A stretch of 64,000 bases of DNA from an uncultured Alphaproteobacteria bacterium. GTDB lineage: Bacteria; Pseudomonadota; Alphaproteobacteria; VGEJ01. Both the position numbers and the translations under genes were made by a program. Numbering within the stretch: the first letter of the stretch is position 1; each line of letters starts with the position of its first letter. The stretch covers positions 8,984-72,983 of the forward strand of contig CAJWJK010000005.1 of NCBI GenBank assembly GCA_913041535.1, written 5' to 3'. The notes under the pieces were generated by a model, which had not been told where the DNA came from, did not search any database, and saw nothing but the letters and a program-made list of their open reading frames with translations. Positions 29,559-41,479 of the stretch are shown piece after piece.

Positions 29559-29627
29559 CAACGTTTTCGGTCTTAGGTGGACATAGTGTTCGCCTTGTGC
29601 CTGATAGTGTAAGGGTGTTGGTTTCAG

Positions 29628-30041
29628 ATGTATGCAGTCCTTCGTAGTGGCGGCAAGCAGTATCGTGTCGCACAAGATGATGTTTTTGAAGTGGAGAAGT
29701 TGGATGCAGATGTTGGCGCCAAAGTGGCGCTGGCTGACGTTCTCATGATTGGTGATGGTGATGCAGTCACTGTTGGAACACCAAGCGTAGATGGTGCCAG
29801 CGTGGTGGCAGAGGTTCTGGACCAAGTTAAAGGGCCGAAGCTTCTGGTATTTAAGAAGAATCGGCGCAAGAATTATCGTCGTAGACAGGGGCATCGACAG
29901 GAGCTAACAGTTCTCCGAGTGACTGAGATCAAGACTTCAGCGCGAAAACGGAGGTCTTCGAGCAAAACAGGGAAAGCTAAGAAATCCACGAAGAAGGTTG
30001 ATGTCGATCAAACTAAGACAGCATCTCAAGGGGGCGACTGA
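29628..30041 (+). CDS. rplU: 50S ribosomal protein L21 with a long Lys/Arg-rich C-terminal extension
   Basis: The N-terminus [14 protein letters not shown] is bL21. At 137 aa it is ~35 aa longer than the usual ~103 aa; the extra tail [16 protein letters not shown]…KKSTKK is typical of alphaproteobacteria. Confidence 0.9.
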   Translation: MYAVLRSGGKQYRVAQDDVFEVEKLDADVGAKVALADVLMIGDGDAVTVGTPSVDGASVVAEVLDQVKGPKLLVFKKNRRKNYRRRQGHRQELTVLRVTEIKTSARKRRSSSKTGKAKKSTKKVDVDQTKTASQGGD

Positions 30042-30298
30042 TGGCTCATAAAAAGGCTGGCGGAAGTTCGCGTAATGGCCGTGATTCGATTGGTAGACGT
30101 CTTGGCATAAAGAAGTATGGTGGCGAATCAGTCATTCCAGGGAACATCATTGTGCGACAGCGGGGTACTCGCTGGCACGCCGGCACCAATGTGGGGATTG
30201 GCAAGGATCACACGCTTTTTGCGATGACCGATGGCTATGTCAAGTTTCGCCAAAGGGGGGCAGGCCGCACATTTGTCTCGGTTGAACCGAACAAATAG
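30041..30298 (+). CDS. rpmA: 50S ribosomal protein L27
   Basis: Begins [16 protein letters not shown]; the ATGA overlap with rplU indicates translational coupling. Confidence 0.95.
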   Translation: MAHKKAGGSSRNGRDSIGRRLGIKKYGGESVIPGNIIVRQRGTRWHAGTNVGIGKDHTLFAMTDGYVKFRQRGAGRTFVSVEPNK

Positions 30299-30344
30299 AC
30301 GGACTCCAGCCTTCTCAATTAGGTGTGGAGCTTGCGCTGTATAG

Positions 30345-31379
<1,035 letters not shown>

Positions 31380-31412
31380 GCTTATGTTTAGGATTACTGT
31401 AGGTATCTGTCC

Positions 31413-32588
31413 ATGGGCCAATTAGGTCATACGCCACAGGCTGGCTCGCTGTCACCACTAGCTAGAGCTACTCGGATTATCGTTAAGATTGGATCCCGAC
31501 TACTGGTACACCCTGAGAGCGGTGAGCTGCACGCGTCTTGGCTAGAGTCTTTAGCTGATGATATTGCCGCATATCGTGAGCGCAGACAGGATATTATTGT
31601 AGTTTCGTCGGGCGCTATTGCACTGGGTAGGAGAGAGTTAGGATTAGCAAAAGGCCCCCTGAGATTGGAAGTAAGTCAAGCAGCAGCCGCGGTGGGGCAA
31701 ATTCGACTAGCGCACGCATATCGCGAGGTATTGGGTAGACGAGGTATTAGAGTTTCTCAGGTTCTACTTACCATCGATGATTCGGAAAATAGGAGGCGAT
31801 ACCTCAATGCTCGTAATACGCTAAATACACTGGTGAGATTGGGTGCGGTCGCTGTGATCAACGAGAACGATACCGTAGCAACTGCAGAGATCCGTTATGG
31901 AGATAACGACCGTCTGGCGGCGCGCGTTGCACAAATGACCAGTGCTGATTGTTTGGTATTACTATCTGATGTTAGCGGGTTGTACACTGCCGATCCGCGT
32001 CGTCACTCTACAGCGAAACTTGTCTCAGAGGTGTCAGTTATTGATGATGATATAGAGGCAATGGCCGGCAATGCCGGAACGAGTGATGGTTCAGGAGGAA
32101 TGGTTACGAAGATTGCTGCAGCTAGAATTGCGCATGCTGCCGGTTGTCACGCCGTAATATCAGATGGACGTTTGCCGCATCCGTTGCAAGCAATTGAGGA
32201 AGGAACCCCCTGTACATGGTTTGTTCCGAGCTCTTCACCGCAAACCGCCCGAAAACAGTGGATTTCTGGTGGTTTGGAACCATCGGGAATGGTTACTATT
32301 GACAGTGGAGCGATACAGGCGTTGCGTGCTGGAAAGAGTCTATTGCCGGCTGGCATTGTCGATGTGAAGGGAAGTTTCCAGCGTGGTGATATGGTGATTC
32401 TGTGTAATGCCAGTGAAACTGTGCTCGGTCGCGGTTTGTCTGCGTATTCACTCTCTGATGTTCAGCGAATCATGGGCCACAACAGCAGTGATATACAGTC
32501 GTTGCTGGGATATCGTGGTCGTGATGAAGTAATTCATCGGGATGATCTTGTTTTGGCCGCGGAGCAATCACACATTGTTGAGGAATAG
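31413..32588 (+). CDS. proB: Glutamate 5-kinase (with PUA domain)
   Basis: Amino-acid kinase fold (IIVKIGS, VVSSGAIALG) plus a C-terminal PUA domain. Confidence 0.9.
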   Translation: MGQLGHTPQAGSLSPLARATRIIVKIGSRLLVHPESGELHASWLESLADDIAAYRERRQDIIVVSSGAIALGRRELGLAKGPLRLEVSQAAAAVGQIRLAHAYREVLGRRGIRVSQVLLTIDDSENRRRYLNARNTLNTLVRLGAVAVINENDTVATAEIRYGDNDRLAARVAQMTSADCLVLLSDVSGLYTADPRRHSTAKLVSEVSVIDDDIEAMAGNAGTSDGSGGMVTKIAAARIAHAAGCHAVISDGRLPHPLQAIEEGTPCTWFVPSSSPQTARKQWISGGLEPSGMVTIDSGAIQALRAGKSLLPAGIVDVKGSFQRGDMVILCNASETVLGRGLSAYSLSDVQRIMGHNSSDIQSLLGYRGRDEVIHRDDLVLAAEQSHIVEE

Positions 32589-32608
32589 TCTAGTTTTAAG
32601 AAGGCATC

Positions 32609-33919
32609 ATGGCGATAACTAATTTGGAGAACGAATCGAGCAAAGCTGTCCAAGATTCTGTCAATGATGCGGCAGAATTGATTACTCGTATGGGGCGTAA
32701 GGCAAAGGAAGCTTCTGCGGTACTGTGTTTGGCACCTACAGAGCAAAAGAATGCAGCCCTGCATGAGGCAGCGAAAGCTTTGCACGACGACATTGACCTT
32801 TTAAAAGAGGCCAATGTGGTAGACCTAAATGAGGCGCAGGCTACCGGTGCTAGTGATGCAATGATTGATCGGTTGCGGTTAGACGATCTAACAATTGAGT
32901 CAATGGCAGATGGCTTAGAGGCTATTGCCGCTCTTCCTGATCCGTTGGGCGAAGCAATATCCGAGTGGGAGAGACCTAACGGTTTAACTATAGCGAGAGT
33001 AAGAGTGCCCCTCGGTGTAATTGGGATTATTTATGAGTCACGACCCAATGTAACTGCCGACGCGGGCGCGCTGTGTCTTAAGGCTGGAAATGCCGCCATA
33101 CTAAGGGGGGGGTCTGAGAGTTTTCATTCGTCACGGGCCGTGTTTGAATGCCTTCAACGGGGTCTAGCTTTAGCCGGTCTGCCCGAGTCTTCTATTCAGC
33201 TGGTTCCGGTAAGGGATCGAGAAGTTGTTGGTGCCATGTTAGCTCTCGACAAATACATTGATATTATTGTGCCGCGTGGTGGTAAATCGCTTACCGCTCG
33301 AGTGCATGAGGAAAGTCGCGTTCCTGTGCTTGCTCATCTTGACGGCAATTGTCACGTTTATGTTGAGAAAGGTGCTGACTTGGAGATGGCAAAGTCAGTT
33401 GTTTTCAACGCCAAAATGCGTCGCACGGGAATTTGTGGTGCTGCTGAAACACTTTTGATCGATAAAGAGATAGTGCCAAGTCATTTAGTGCCTATATTGG
33501 AAGAGCTTGCTTCTTCTGGCTGTACGATTGTTGGGGACCAAAGTGTCCAACAGGCTTTCCCTCAAGCTAGTGCTGCATCTCCCGAAGATTGGGACACTGA
33601 GTATCTTGATGCGGTGATAGCGGTCCGCACAGTTGAGGGTATTGAAGAAGCTATAGACCATATTGAGGCACATGGTTCACATCATACGGATAGCATTATC
33701 ACAGAGAACTCAAACGCTGCTGATAGATTTCTCCGAGAAGTGGATAGTGCGATCGTGATGCACAATACCTCGACACAGTACGCAGACGGAGGAGAATTCG
33801 GAATGGGTGCGGAGATTGGCATCTCTACGGGTCGTTTACATGCACGTGGCCCATGCGGTCTAGAACAGTTAACAACGTACAAGTATGTGGTGCGTGGTAG
33901 TGGGCAGGTTCGCCCCTGA
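32609..33919 (+). CDS. proA: Gamma-glutamyl phosphate reductase
   Basis: Aldehyde dehydrogenase fold with the catalytic Cys region (GICGAAETLL). It follows proB. Confidence 0.9.
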   Translation: MAITNLENESSKAVQDSVNDAAELITRMGRKAKEASAVLCLAPTEQKNAALHEAAKALHDDIDLLKEANVVDLNEAQATGASDAMIDRLRLDDLTIESMADGLEAIAALPDPLGEAISEWERPNGLTIARVRVPLGVIGIIYESRPNVTADAGALCLKAGNAAILRGGSESFHSSRAVFECLQRGLALAGLPESSIQLVPVRDREVVGAMLALDKYIDIIVPRGGKSLTARVHEESRVPVLAHLDGNCHVYVEKGADLEMAKSVVFNAKMRRTGICGAAETLLIDKEIVPSHLVPILEELASSGCTIVGDQSVQQAFPQASAASPEDWDTEYLDAVIAVRTVEGIEEAIDHIEAHGSHHTDSIITENSNAADRFLREVDSAIVMHNTSTQYADGGEFGMGAEIGISTGRLHARGPCGLEQLTTYKYVVRGSGQVRP

Positions 33920-33942
33920 CTAGATATGGTGATATCCGCTCA

Positions 33943-34563
33943 TTGGGGGACGTTTCTCGTGTTGTGGCCCCCAGCGCTAGTCGACGTATCGGTCTACTTG
34001 GTGGATCATTTAATCCCGCCCATAAGGGGCATTATCGTGTTAGTACGCTAGCTCTCCGTTGGTTAGCTCTTGACGAGGTGTGGTGGCTGGTATCGCCTCA
34101 AAATCCGTTAAAGGATGATATCGGTATGCGGCCCCTCAAATATCGTCTTTCTTCCGCAAAAACCTACGCACGACATTCTCGTATCCGTGTAACTGACATA
34201 GAGGCCGGGCTATCCAGTACCCGAAGTTACGATGTCATACGCTATTTATGCCAAGCCTACCCACGCTGTCAGTTCGTTTGGATGATTGGTGCTGATAATT
34301 TTGTTCAAATACCGATGTGGTACCGATGGCGAGATATATTTGCTACGGTTCCGATTGCGGTCTTTGGGAGGCCACCATTTTCATACGCATCTTTGACGGG
34401 TCAAGCTGCCAATGCATATAGTGCGCACCGTATACCGCAACATATGTCACACGTCATCGCTGTCCAGAAGCCTCCAGCGTGGATTTTTCTCTGGATGTCT
34501 CGCGATTCAACCTCCGCAACCGCTATTCGTGGCCAAACTGGTGAGGTTGAGTCTTGCTCTTGA
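33943..34563 (+). CDS. nadD: Nicotinate-nucleotide adenylyltransferase
   Basis: Contains the (H/T)xGH motif GGSFNPAHKGH. Confidence 0.85.
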   Translation: MGDVSRVVAPSASRRIGLLGGSFNPAHKGHYRVSTLALRWLALDEVWWLVSPQNPLKDDIGMRPLKYRLSSAKTYARHSRIRVTDIEAGLSSTRSYDVIRYLCQAYPRCQFVWMIGADNFVQIPMWYRWRDIFATVPIAVFGRPPFSYASLTGQAANAYSAHRIPQHMSHVIAVQKPPAWIFLWMSRDSTSATAIRGQTGEVESCS

Positions 34564-34589
34564 GCCGGAGCGTCTAAATATTTAGGCTA

Positions 34590-34979
34590 ATGACTATGGG
34601 CAGAAAAAACGAGAGCATGATAGAAGTTTCCAAGCAAGTGTCTCACTTACTTGAGAAAATCAAGGACTGTCTGGCGGACCATAAGGCACTCGAGGTGGTA
34701 GTGATTAAACTCGGCGATAAATCGTCGATTGCTGATTATATGGTGATCGCAAGCGGCCGTTCTCAACGGCAGGTTGGGGCCATTAGCGAACACATATCGG
34801 TAATGCTCAAGGGTTATGGCGTTTACTCGCGGACAGAGGGTTTGGATGGGTGTGATTGGGTATTGCTTGATGCGGGTGATATCATAGTCCACATATTCCG
34901 ACCGGAGGTGAGGAGTTTTTATAATCTTGAGAAGATGTGGTCGGTTATGTTTCCCGAACCGGAGCAATCAGTCGTCTAA
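34590..34979 (+). CDS. rsfS: Ribosomal silencing factor RsfS (Iojap)
   Basis: Family-typical 129 aa; it sits in the conserved nadD-rsfS-rlmH arrangement. Confidence 0.85.
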   Translation: MTMGRKNESMIEVSKQVSHLLEKIKDCLADHKALEVVVIKLGDKSSIADYMVIASGRSQRQVGAISEHISVMLKGYGVYSRTEGLDGCDWVLLDAGDIIVHIFRPEVRSFYNLEKMWSVMFPEPEQSVV

Positions 34980-34993
34980 GTCTTTAGAAGCAG

Positions 34994-35458
34994 ATGGCAA
35001 TGCGCTTTCTTATCATCGCGGTTGGACGGGGTCGGGGTACAGTGGCTGTATCTCTCTATAACGACTATTCAGAACGCTTACGTACGCCATTACGTTTGAT
35101 TGAGGTGGAGGCTCGGGGAAAGATGAATGTGCCTGAGCGACGTGCGCGCGAAAGTGCAGCGATTTGCAACAAACTGCCACCCAATGCCATTGTTATTGCT
35201 TTAGATCAGCGCGGTGTATTGCTTTCAAGTGAAGACCTCGCAAATCGTATTTCGCGCTGGACGGATAGTGGTCATAGCGAAGTGGCATTCCTTATAGGAG
35301 GTGCGGATGGACATCACACTAGCATCATAAAGCGCGCCGATTTGGTTTTATCCTTGGGTCCAATGACCTGGCCTCACCTGTTAGTACGTGGCATGATTGC
35401 TGAACAGTTATATCGAGCCGAGTGCTTAATTGCAGGTCATCCTTACCATCGTAAATGA
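34994..35458 (+). CDS. rlmH: 23S rRNA (pseudouridine1915-N3)-methyltransferase RlmH
   Basis: SPOUT fold, 154 aa, with the C-terminal motif HPY. Confidence 0.85.
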   Translation: MAMRFLIIAVGRGRGTVAVSLYNDYSERLRTPLRLIEVEARGKMNVPERRARESAAICNKLPPNAIVIALDQRGVLLSSEDLANRISRWTDSGHSEVAFLIGGADGHHTSIIKRADLVLSLGPMTWPHLLVRGMIAEQLYRAECLIAGHPYHRK

Positions 35459-35514
35459 AGGCGATTGTGGCTTGCTGATTGGGTTGAGAGAGTGCAGCTA
35501 AGTATTATTGAATT

Positions 35515-37065
35515 ATGATTGGTAGATGTACCCGTCGCCCCGTAGTGTTCTGTATTCTGGATGGCTGGGGCTATCGAGCGGAACGGCGGCATAATGCCAT
35601 TGCTCTAGCTTCTACACCAACATACGATCGTGTGTGGAATGATTCTCCGCATTCGCTGTTGGAAGCGTCGGCTGTCAGTGTGGGATTACCACAAGGTCAG
35701 ATGGGTAATTCTGAGGTCGGGCATACCTGCCTTGGAAGTGGAAGAGTTGTATTACAGGATATGCCGCGAATTGACGCGGCTATTTCTGACGGTAGTCTTG
35801 CTAATAATCAAACTCTAGCCAGACTTGTATCGGAAGTTCGAAAGAGAAAAGGCCGTTGTCATTTGATGGGTTTGATCTCCCCTGGTGGTGTTCACTCTCA
35901 CCTCAGGCATGTTGCGGCGCTATCTCAAATTCTTGACCAAGCTGATGTTCCCGTTCTAATCCACGCTTTTCTTGATGGGCGTGATACGCCTCCGCAGAGT
36001 GCGATGACACACGTGTCTGACCTTGAATCTGGATTATCTGAGAGAGTGCAAATTGCCACGGTGTCGGGGCGTCATTACGCAATGGATAGAGATAACCGTT
36101 GGGACAGGGTGCGACTCACATATGATAACTTAGTTAATGGTAGTGGTACGCGTCAGGAATCTGCTTATCAAGCCATCCAGATGGCTTATGATACCGATCT
36201 AACTGATGAATTTGTGCTGCCTTCAACCATTGGTAATTATAAGGGCATTGCTGATGGTGATGGCCTAATCATGGCAAATTTTCGTTCAGATCGAGTGAGA
36301 GAGATATTAAACGCTTTGGTAAATCCAGCATTTTCTGGTTTTGAGCGTAGTCGGCAGGTTGCCTTTTCGTTTGTGGCGGGAATGGTTGATTATACCGTGG
36401 AACTTGAACCGTTTGTGCAACCCTTGTTTTCGTCTCTTCCATTGGAAAATACGTTAGGTGAATCTGTTGGCAATGCCGGTATGCGACAGCTGCGAATTGC
36501 TGAGACTGAGAAATATGCTCATGTCACTTTTTTCTTTAATGGTGGGCGTGAATGCAGTTTTCCAGGGGAGGATCGTGTTCTTGTGCCCTCGCCGAAGGTT
36601 AACACTTATGATGAAAAGCCCGAGATGTCAGCCTACGAGGTTACAGAAAAGTTGGTAACTGCAATTAGAACAAGAGAGTACGATTTTATTATAGCAAATT
36701 ATGCTAATGCCGACATGGTGGGACATACTGGAGATCTGCCGGCTGCAATAATGGCAGTTCAGGCCATAGATCAGTGTTTGGATCGCTTGTTAGAGGCAGT
36801 GGAATATTCTAATGGTATTTTAGTCATTACTGCCGATCATGGAAATGTGGAATGTATGCAAGAGGATCAAACAGGTCAGCCTATGACAGCGCATACGACA
36901 GAGAAAGTTCCTCTAATTATTTGTAATGCACCATTTTCATTTTCTCTCTTGGATGGGGATCTGTCGGACGTAGCTCCAACACTACTTCACCTTTTAGGGT
37001 TGACTAAGCCGAGTGATATGACAGGTAAGAGCCTAATTGTAAGTTCCACTTCTGGGCCAGATTGA
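35515..37065 (+). CDS. gpmI: 2,3-bisphosphoglycerate-independent phosphoglycerate mutase
   Basis: iPGM family: ILDGWG near the N-terminus and metal-binding motifs (ADHGN). Confidence 0.9.
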   Translation: MIGRCTRRPVVFCILDGWGYRAERRHNAIALASTPTYDRVWNDSPHSLLEASAVSVGLPQGQMGNSEVGHTCLGSGRVVLQDMPRIDAAISDGSLANNQTLARLVSEVRKRKGRCHLMGLISPGGVHSHLRHVAALSQILDQADVPVLIHAFLDGRDTPPQSAMTHVSDLESGLSERVQIATVSGRHYAMDRDNRWDRVRLTYDNLVNGSGTRQESAYQAIQMAYDTDLTDEFVLPSTIGNYKGIADGDGLIMANFRSDRVREILNALVNPAFSGFERSRQVAFSFVAGMVDYTVELEPFVQPLFSSLPLENTLGESVGNAGMRQLRIAETEKYAHVTFFFNGGRECSFPGEDRVLVPSPKVNTYDEKPEMSAYEVTEKLVTAIRTREYDFIIANYANADMVGHTGDLPAAIMAVQAIDQCLDRLLEAVEYSNGILVITADHGNVECMQEDQTGQPMTAHTTEKVPLIICNAPFSFSLLDGDLSDVAPTLLHLLGLTKPSDMTGKSLIVSSTSGPD

Positions 37066-37143
37066 GGCGAAAAAATTTGTGTCACGGGTTGGTGTGAATG
37101 CCACTGTGGGGGCCTTGAAACTTTGCAATATTCCCGTATTCAA

Positions 37144-39837
37144 CTAGGGGTTTTTATTAATCATTTTGCGAAGCACGTACTGTAACACTCCGCTGCTTGT
37201 GTAGTATTCCACCTCCTCCTCCGTGTCGATCTGGCATAAGAGTTTGATTGTCATTGATTTACCGTTCGGCCTCATAACTTTACACATCAGCTCCATTTGA
37301 GGGATAAGTTCTGACCGAGGGCTGTAAATGTTGTATACTTCCGTACCATCGAGATGTAGTGATTTGCGGTCTATACCGTTCTGGAATAGCAGCGGTAAAA
37401 TACCCATGCCTACTAAATTTGATCGGTGAATGCGCTCAAAACTCTCAGCTATTACTGCTCTAACACCTAAAAGTCGTGGACCTTTTGCTGCCCAGTCGCG
37501 GGATGACCCTGTGCCATACTCTTTCCCAGCAATGACCACTAAAGGCACGCCCTCCTTACGGTATAACATCGCGGCATCGTAGACTGACATTTGATTGCCG
37601 CTGGGGAAGTGCCGAGTAAATCCACCTTCAGCTTCCGAAACCAGTTCGTTACGAAGGCGGATGTTAGCAAATGTACCGCGCATCATTATTTCATGGTTGC
37701 CTCGACGTGAGCCGTATGAGTTAAATTCTTCAGGACGTATATTGTTTCTGGTCAGATATTTTCCGGCAGCACTGTCAACATTGATTGCACCTGCAGGTGA
37801 GATATGGTCTGTCGTTATACTATCGCCAAGTAGCATCAACACACGTCCAGCTGAAATAGTGCAGTTCTGTGGTTTTATGCTCTTTTTTGTCGCGAAAAAC
37901 GGCGGCTTCCGGACATATGTTGAGTCGGGATTCCAGTCGTAGGTGATGCCTATAGGAGCAGTCATTTGTTGCCATTTTCTGTCTCCCGAAAATACATTCG
38001 AATACTGTTGTCGAAACATTGCTGGGCTTACTACCTTTTTTATTAAGGCGCGAATATCTTTATCTTTTGGCCAAATATCCTTCAGGTACACATGTTTTCC
38101 ATTGTTACCCAAACCCAGGGAATCTTGAGTAATACTGACTTCCATTGACCCGGCAATTGCATAAGCCACTACCAACATAGGTGAACATAGATAGTTGGCT
38201 TTAACTTGAGGGCTGATTCTACCTTCAAAATTTCGATTTCCCGAGAGAACCGAGCAGACAACCAGGTCTTTCTCCTTTATGGCGTTTGAGACTTTTTCAG
38301 GCAAAGGTCCAGAGTTGCCAATGCACGTTGTGCAACCATAACCAACTAAGTTAAACCCAAGTTTATTGAGGCTGTCCTGTAGGTCTGCCTTCATTAGATA
38401 GTCAGTGACTACCTTTGAACCGGGGGCGAGAGACGTTTTCACCCAAGGCTTAACTGTTAACCCTTTTGCTACTGCATTCCGGGCTAATAGGCCCGCGCCC
38501 AACATAACGTGAGGATTTGACGTATTTGTGCAACTCGTTATGGCAGCAATCACAATGTCTCCGTGTTTAATATCAAACTTAGACTGGTTAATGGAGGAGA
38601 GTTTTCGATGACCCGGTATTCCAAAGGTTTGGCTGAGTGACCTAACAAATGCTGAGCCCGCGCGCGATAGAGGAATACGATCTTGTGGGCGTTTGGGTCC
38701 GGCTAAACATGGTTCGACTGAGTTAACGTCGAGTTTCAGAGTAGATGAGAAACGGGGCTCTGGCGTTTTGGCGTGGCGCCACATGCCTTGTGCCTTGGCG
38801 TAGGCCTCAACAAGACGAACCTGCTCTGGACTTCTAGAAGTTGCTTCAAGGTAGGCAATTGTTTCTCTATCTACGGGGAAAAATCCACAGGTCGCACCGT
38901 ATTCTGGAGCCATGTTTGCTATCGTCGCCCGATCCGGCAGTGACAATTGATCAAGGCCCGATCCAAAAAACTCGACGAACTTGTTAACAACACCTTTTCT
39001 GCGGAGCATTTCGGTAACCGTTAGTACAAGGTCGGTAGAAGTTGTACCTTCACGGAGTTTTCCAGTCAGTTTAAATCCTACAACTTCTGGCAATCTCATC
39101 GAAATCGGTTGGCCAAGCATTGCTGCCTCAGCCTCAATGCCTCCAACGCCCCAGCCAAGAACTGCCAGACCATTGACCATTGTGGTGTGTGAATCTGTTC
39201 CCACCAGGGTATCTGGAAACGCAAATTGCTGATGTTGGTGCGTAGTGGCTCGAACAACAAGGGACAAGTATTCAAGGTTTACCTGATGGCAAATACCGGT
39301 TCCTGGTGGCACTACACGAAAATTAGAAAAGGCCTCCTGTCCCCAGCGAAGAAATGAGTATCGTTCAGCATTGCGCTCGTACTCAAAATTCACATTGGTC
39401 AAAAATGATTTCATTGTTCCAAAGCGATCAACCATCAGGGAGTGGTCAATCACAAGATCTACCGGCGATATAGGATTGATGAGTTCGGGGTCGCCACCTA
39501 TACTCTGCATAGCATCACGCATTGCTGCCAGATCTGCTAAAGCAGGAACTCCAGTGAAATCCTGCATTAGGACGCGGGATGGTCGAAATGCAATCTCAAG
39601 GCCTGAGCGCCCTCTTTTTAACCAGTCTGGAAACGACTTAAGGTCATCCGCTTTCACGGAATAGCCATCTTCGTGCCGTAAAAGATTCTCCAACAGTATT
39701 TTGAGAGAAAACGGCAGTTTTGACACATTTCTTAAGCCTGATTTTTCCGCAGCTTTAAGGCTGAAATATCTGTACTCGGAATTACTCAAGCGAAGTGTTC
39801 GGATCGTTTTCAGTGTATCCTTGCCTATGTGTGTCAC
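37144..39837 (-). CDS. acnA: Aconitate hydratase A
   Basis: 897 aa, with the Fe-S ligand cysteines (CTNTSNP, GCTTCIGNSG) and the swivel-domain motif SRRGN. Confidence 0.9.
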   Translation of the reverse strand: MTHIGKDTLKTIRTLRLSNSEYRYFSLKAAEKSGLRNVSKLPFSLKILLENLLRHEDGYSVKADDLKSFPDWLKRGRSGLEIAFRPSRVLMQDFTGVPALADLAAMRDAMQSIGGDPELINPISPVDLVIDHSLMVDRFGTMKSFLTNVNFEYERNAERYSFLRWGQEAFSNFRVVPPGTGICHQVNLEYLSLVVRATTHQHQQFAFPDTLVGTDSHTTMVNGLAVLGWGVGGIEAEAAMLGQPISMRLPEVVGFKLTGKLREGTTSTDLVLTVTEMLRRKGVVNKFVEFFGSGLDQLSLPDRATIANMAPEYGATCGFFPVDRETIAYLEATSRSPEQVRLVEAYAKAQGMWRHAKTPEPRFSSTLKLDVNSVEPCLAGPKRPQDRIPLSRAGSAFVRSLSQTFGIPGHRKLSSINQSKFDIKHGDIVIAAITSCTNTSNPHVMLGAGLLARNAVAKGLTVKPWVKTSLAPGSKVVTDYLMKADLQDSLNKLGFNLVGYGCTTCIGNSGPLPEKVSNAIKEKDLVVCSVLSGNRNFEGRISPQVKANYLCSPMLVVAYAIAGSMEVSITQDSLGLGNNGKHVYLKDIWPKDKDIRALIKKVVSPAMFRQQYSNVFSGDRKWQQMTAPIGITYDWNPDSTYVRKPPFFATKKSIKPQNCTISAGRVLMLLGDSITTDHISPAGAINVDSAAGKYLTRNNIRPEEFNSYGSRRGNHEIMMRGTFANIRLRNELVSEAEGGFTRHFPSGNQMSVYDAAMLYRKEGVPLVVIAGKEYGTGSSRDWAAKGPRLLGVRAVIAESFERIHRSNLVGMGILPLLFQNGIDRKSLHLDGTEVYNIYSPRSELIPQMELMCKVMRPNGKSMTIKLLCQIDTEEEVEYYTSSGVLQYVLRKMINKNP

Positions 39838-40187
39838 TTTAATCGTTCCTCAAAAAAAATTGGTTATTGCGACAATGTTTCATGACCTAATAACACATTC
39901 GGGAGGTTTGGTACGTATTAACATTAGTGTTTTAGAAGTTAATCTAACAGAGCAAGTAATCTCGCAAGGATTAGGCGGTCAATAGATAGATTGTGCAGTC
40001 AGTTTGTGTTTCGATATGCGCAGTTGCAGTGTGGATGACAATGGATAACTTTGGTGAGGTAGAAAAACTACGATTACGAGAGACAATGCTAGGATGCATT
40101 CTATAGTAAATTATGAATAGTGACGATTCTAACCATACATCTTGAAGTTCGAAGAGGGGTCAGGATGTCTATTGATCGGTTTAAATT

Positions 40188-40805
40188 ATGAGCTTTATTG
40201 GCCATGACCTTTCTTGCGACCGCGGTGGGAGACATGTATTCGATCACGTGAATTTCAATGTTCCTGAGGGAGTAGCCTTAATTATCAGTGGCCCCAATGG
40301 CTCAGGAAAAACAAGCCTCTTGAGGTTGGCAGCTGGCTTGGTTCGACCGACAACAGGCAAGCTAACCTGGGACGGGATTTGTGTTTTTGGGGACCCTGGA
40401 TTGCATGCAAGCCGGTTGCATTTTATAGGTCACCTCGACGCAATTAAACCAGCCCTCACAGTGGAGGCCAACCTACAGTTCTGGGTTAGACTGCAAGGCC
40501 GTGAGCGTCCGCACACCGTAGAGAAAGCTTTGGAGAGGCTTGGCTTGTCCATGGTTGCTAAAGTCCCTGCAAATACCCTCTCGGCTGGGCAACGTCGTCG
40601 ATTATCGCTCGCGCGTCTTGCTACTAGCAGGCTGCCATTATGGTGTCTGGATGAGCCGAGCGTTGGATTGGACGATGACGCGAACAGTATCCTTAAGGAA
40701 TTAATTAACGAGCACCAGGCCGATAATGGTCGTGTTCTATTGGCAACACATCACAATTTTAAGCTTACCAACAGCGTAGAACTTCGTCTCGTTGGAGAAT
40801 CCTAA
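40188..40805 (+). CDS. ccmA: Heme exporter ATP-binding protein CcmA
   Basis: Walker A GPNGSGKT and signature LSAGQRRRLSLAR. It is the first gene of the ccm cluster. Confidence 0.85.
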   Translation: MSFIGHDLSCDRGGRHVFDHVNFNVPEGVALIISGPNGSGKTSLLRLAAGLVRPTTGKLTWDGICVFGDPGLHASRLHFIGHLDAIKPALTVEANLQFWVRLQGRERPHTVEKALERLGLSMVAKVPANTLSAGQRRRLSLARLATSRLPLWCLDEPSVGLDDDANSILKELINEHQADNGRVLLATHHNFKLTNSVELRLVGES

Positions 40806-41470
40806 TGCGTCGGTTTTGGATTATTGTTGGCCGTGACATAAATTTAGGCCTGAGGCAAGGTAGTCCGGGCAGTCATGCAGTCGTATTTTATGTTCTTGTT
40901 ATACTTCTATTCCCATTGGCTATTGGCCCCGAGACCGAGTTATTAGAGCGTATAGCAGGTGGTGTAATCTGGGTGGCTGCATTACTCTCGACCATTCTAT
41001 CTCTCGATAGAATGTTTCAATCTGATTTTGAAGATGGGAGTCTTGATCTTCTTGCCTTATCGGGAGATTCATTGGCAGCAGTAGTGAGTGCCAAATGCTT
41101 TGCACATTGGTGTTCGACAGGGGTGCCTTTGATTATTGCTAGCCCAATCTTGGGGCTTCTTCTGAGTCTAAATATTGATGGATATTTTACATTGTTGTTG
41201 GCGATGGCGTTGGGGACACCAACGCTGAGTTTGATTGGGGCAGTTGGAGCTGCGCTGACGGTTGGCATTCGTCGAGGAGGTATAATTTTACCCTTGTTGG
41301 TACTACCTCTATATGTGCCGGTGTTAGTCTTTGGTGTAGGTGCTGTAGAACATGGTGTGAGGGGCCTAGATCCGGGGCCGCATCTAATGGTTTTAGGTGC
41401 GTTGTTACTTGTTGCCCTGGTTACTGCGCCGATCGGGGCAGGTGCAGCTGTGCGCGCCAATCTACAATAG
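40805..41470 (+). CDS. ccmB: Heme exporter protein CcmB
   Basis: Six-TM CcmB family; the start codon overlaps the ccmA stop. Confidence 0.85.
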   Translation: MRRFWIIVGRDINLGLRQGSPGSHAVVFYVLVILLFPLAIGPETELLERIAGGVIWVAALLSTILSLDRMFQSDFEDGSLDLLALSGDSLAAVVSAKCFAHWCSTGVPLIIASPILGLLLSLNIDGYFTLLLAMALGTPTLSLIGAVGAALTVGIRRGGIILPLLVLPLYVPVLVFGVGAVEHGVRGLDPGPHLMVLGALLLVALVTAPIGAGAAVRANLQ

Positions 41471-41479
41471 GCTTATGCC

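Noticed and set aside
29508-29894. A 128-aa minus-strand ORF overlapping the rplU 5' region
   Set aside because: It overlaps bL21 coding sequence and its promoter. bL21 is unambiguous.
41017-41460. A 147-aa minus-strand ORF inside ccmB
   Set aside because: Antisense to a conserved 6-TM CcmB. The Ala/Pro/Thr-rich translation is the typical product of antisense membrane-protein DNA.
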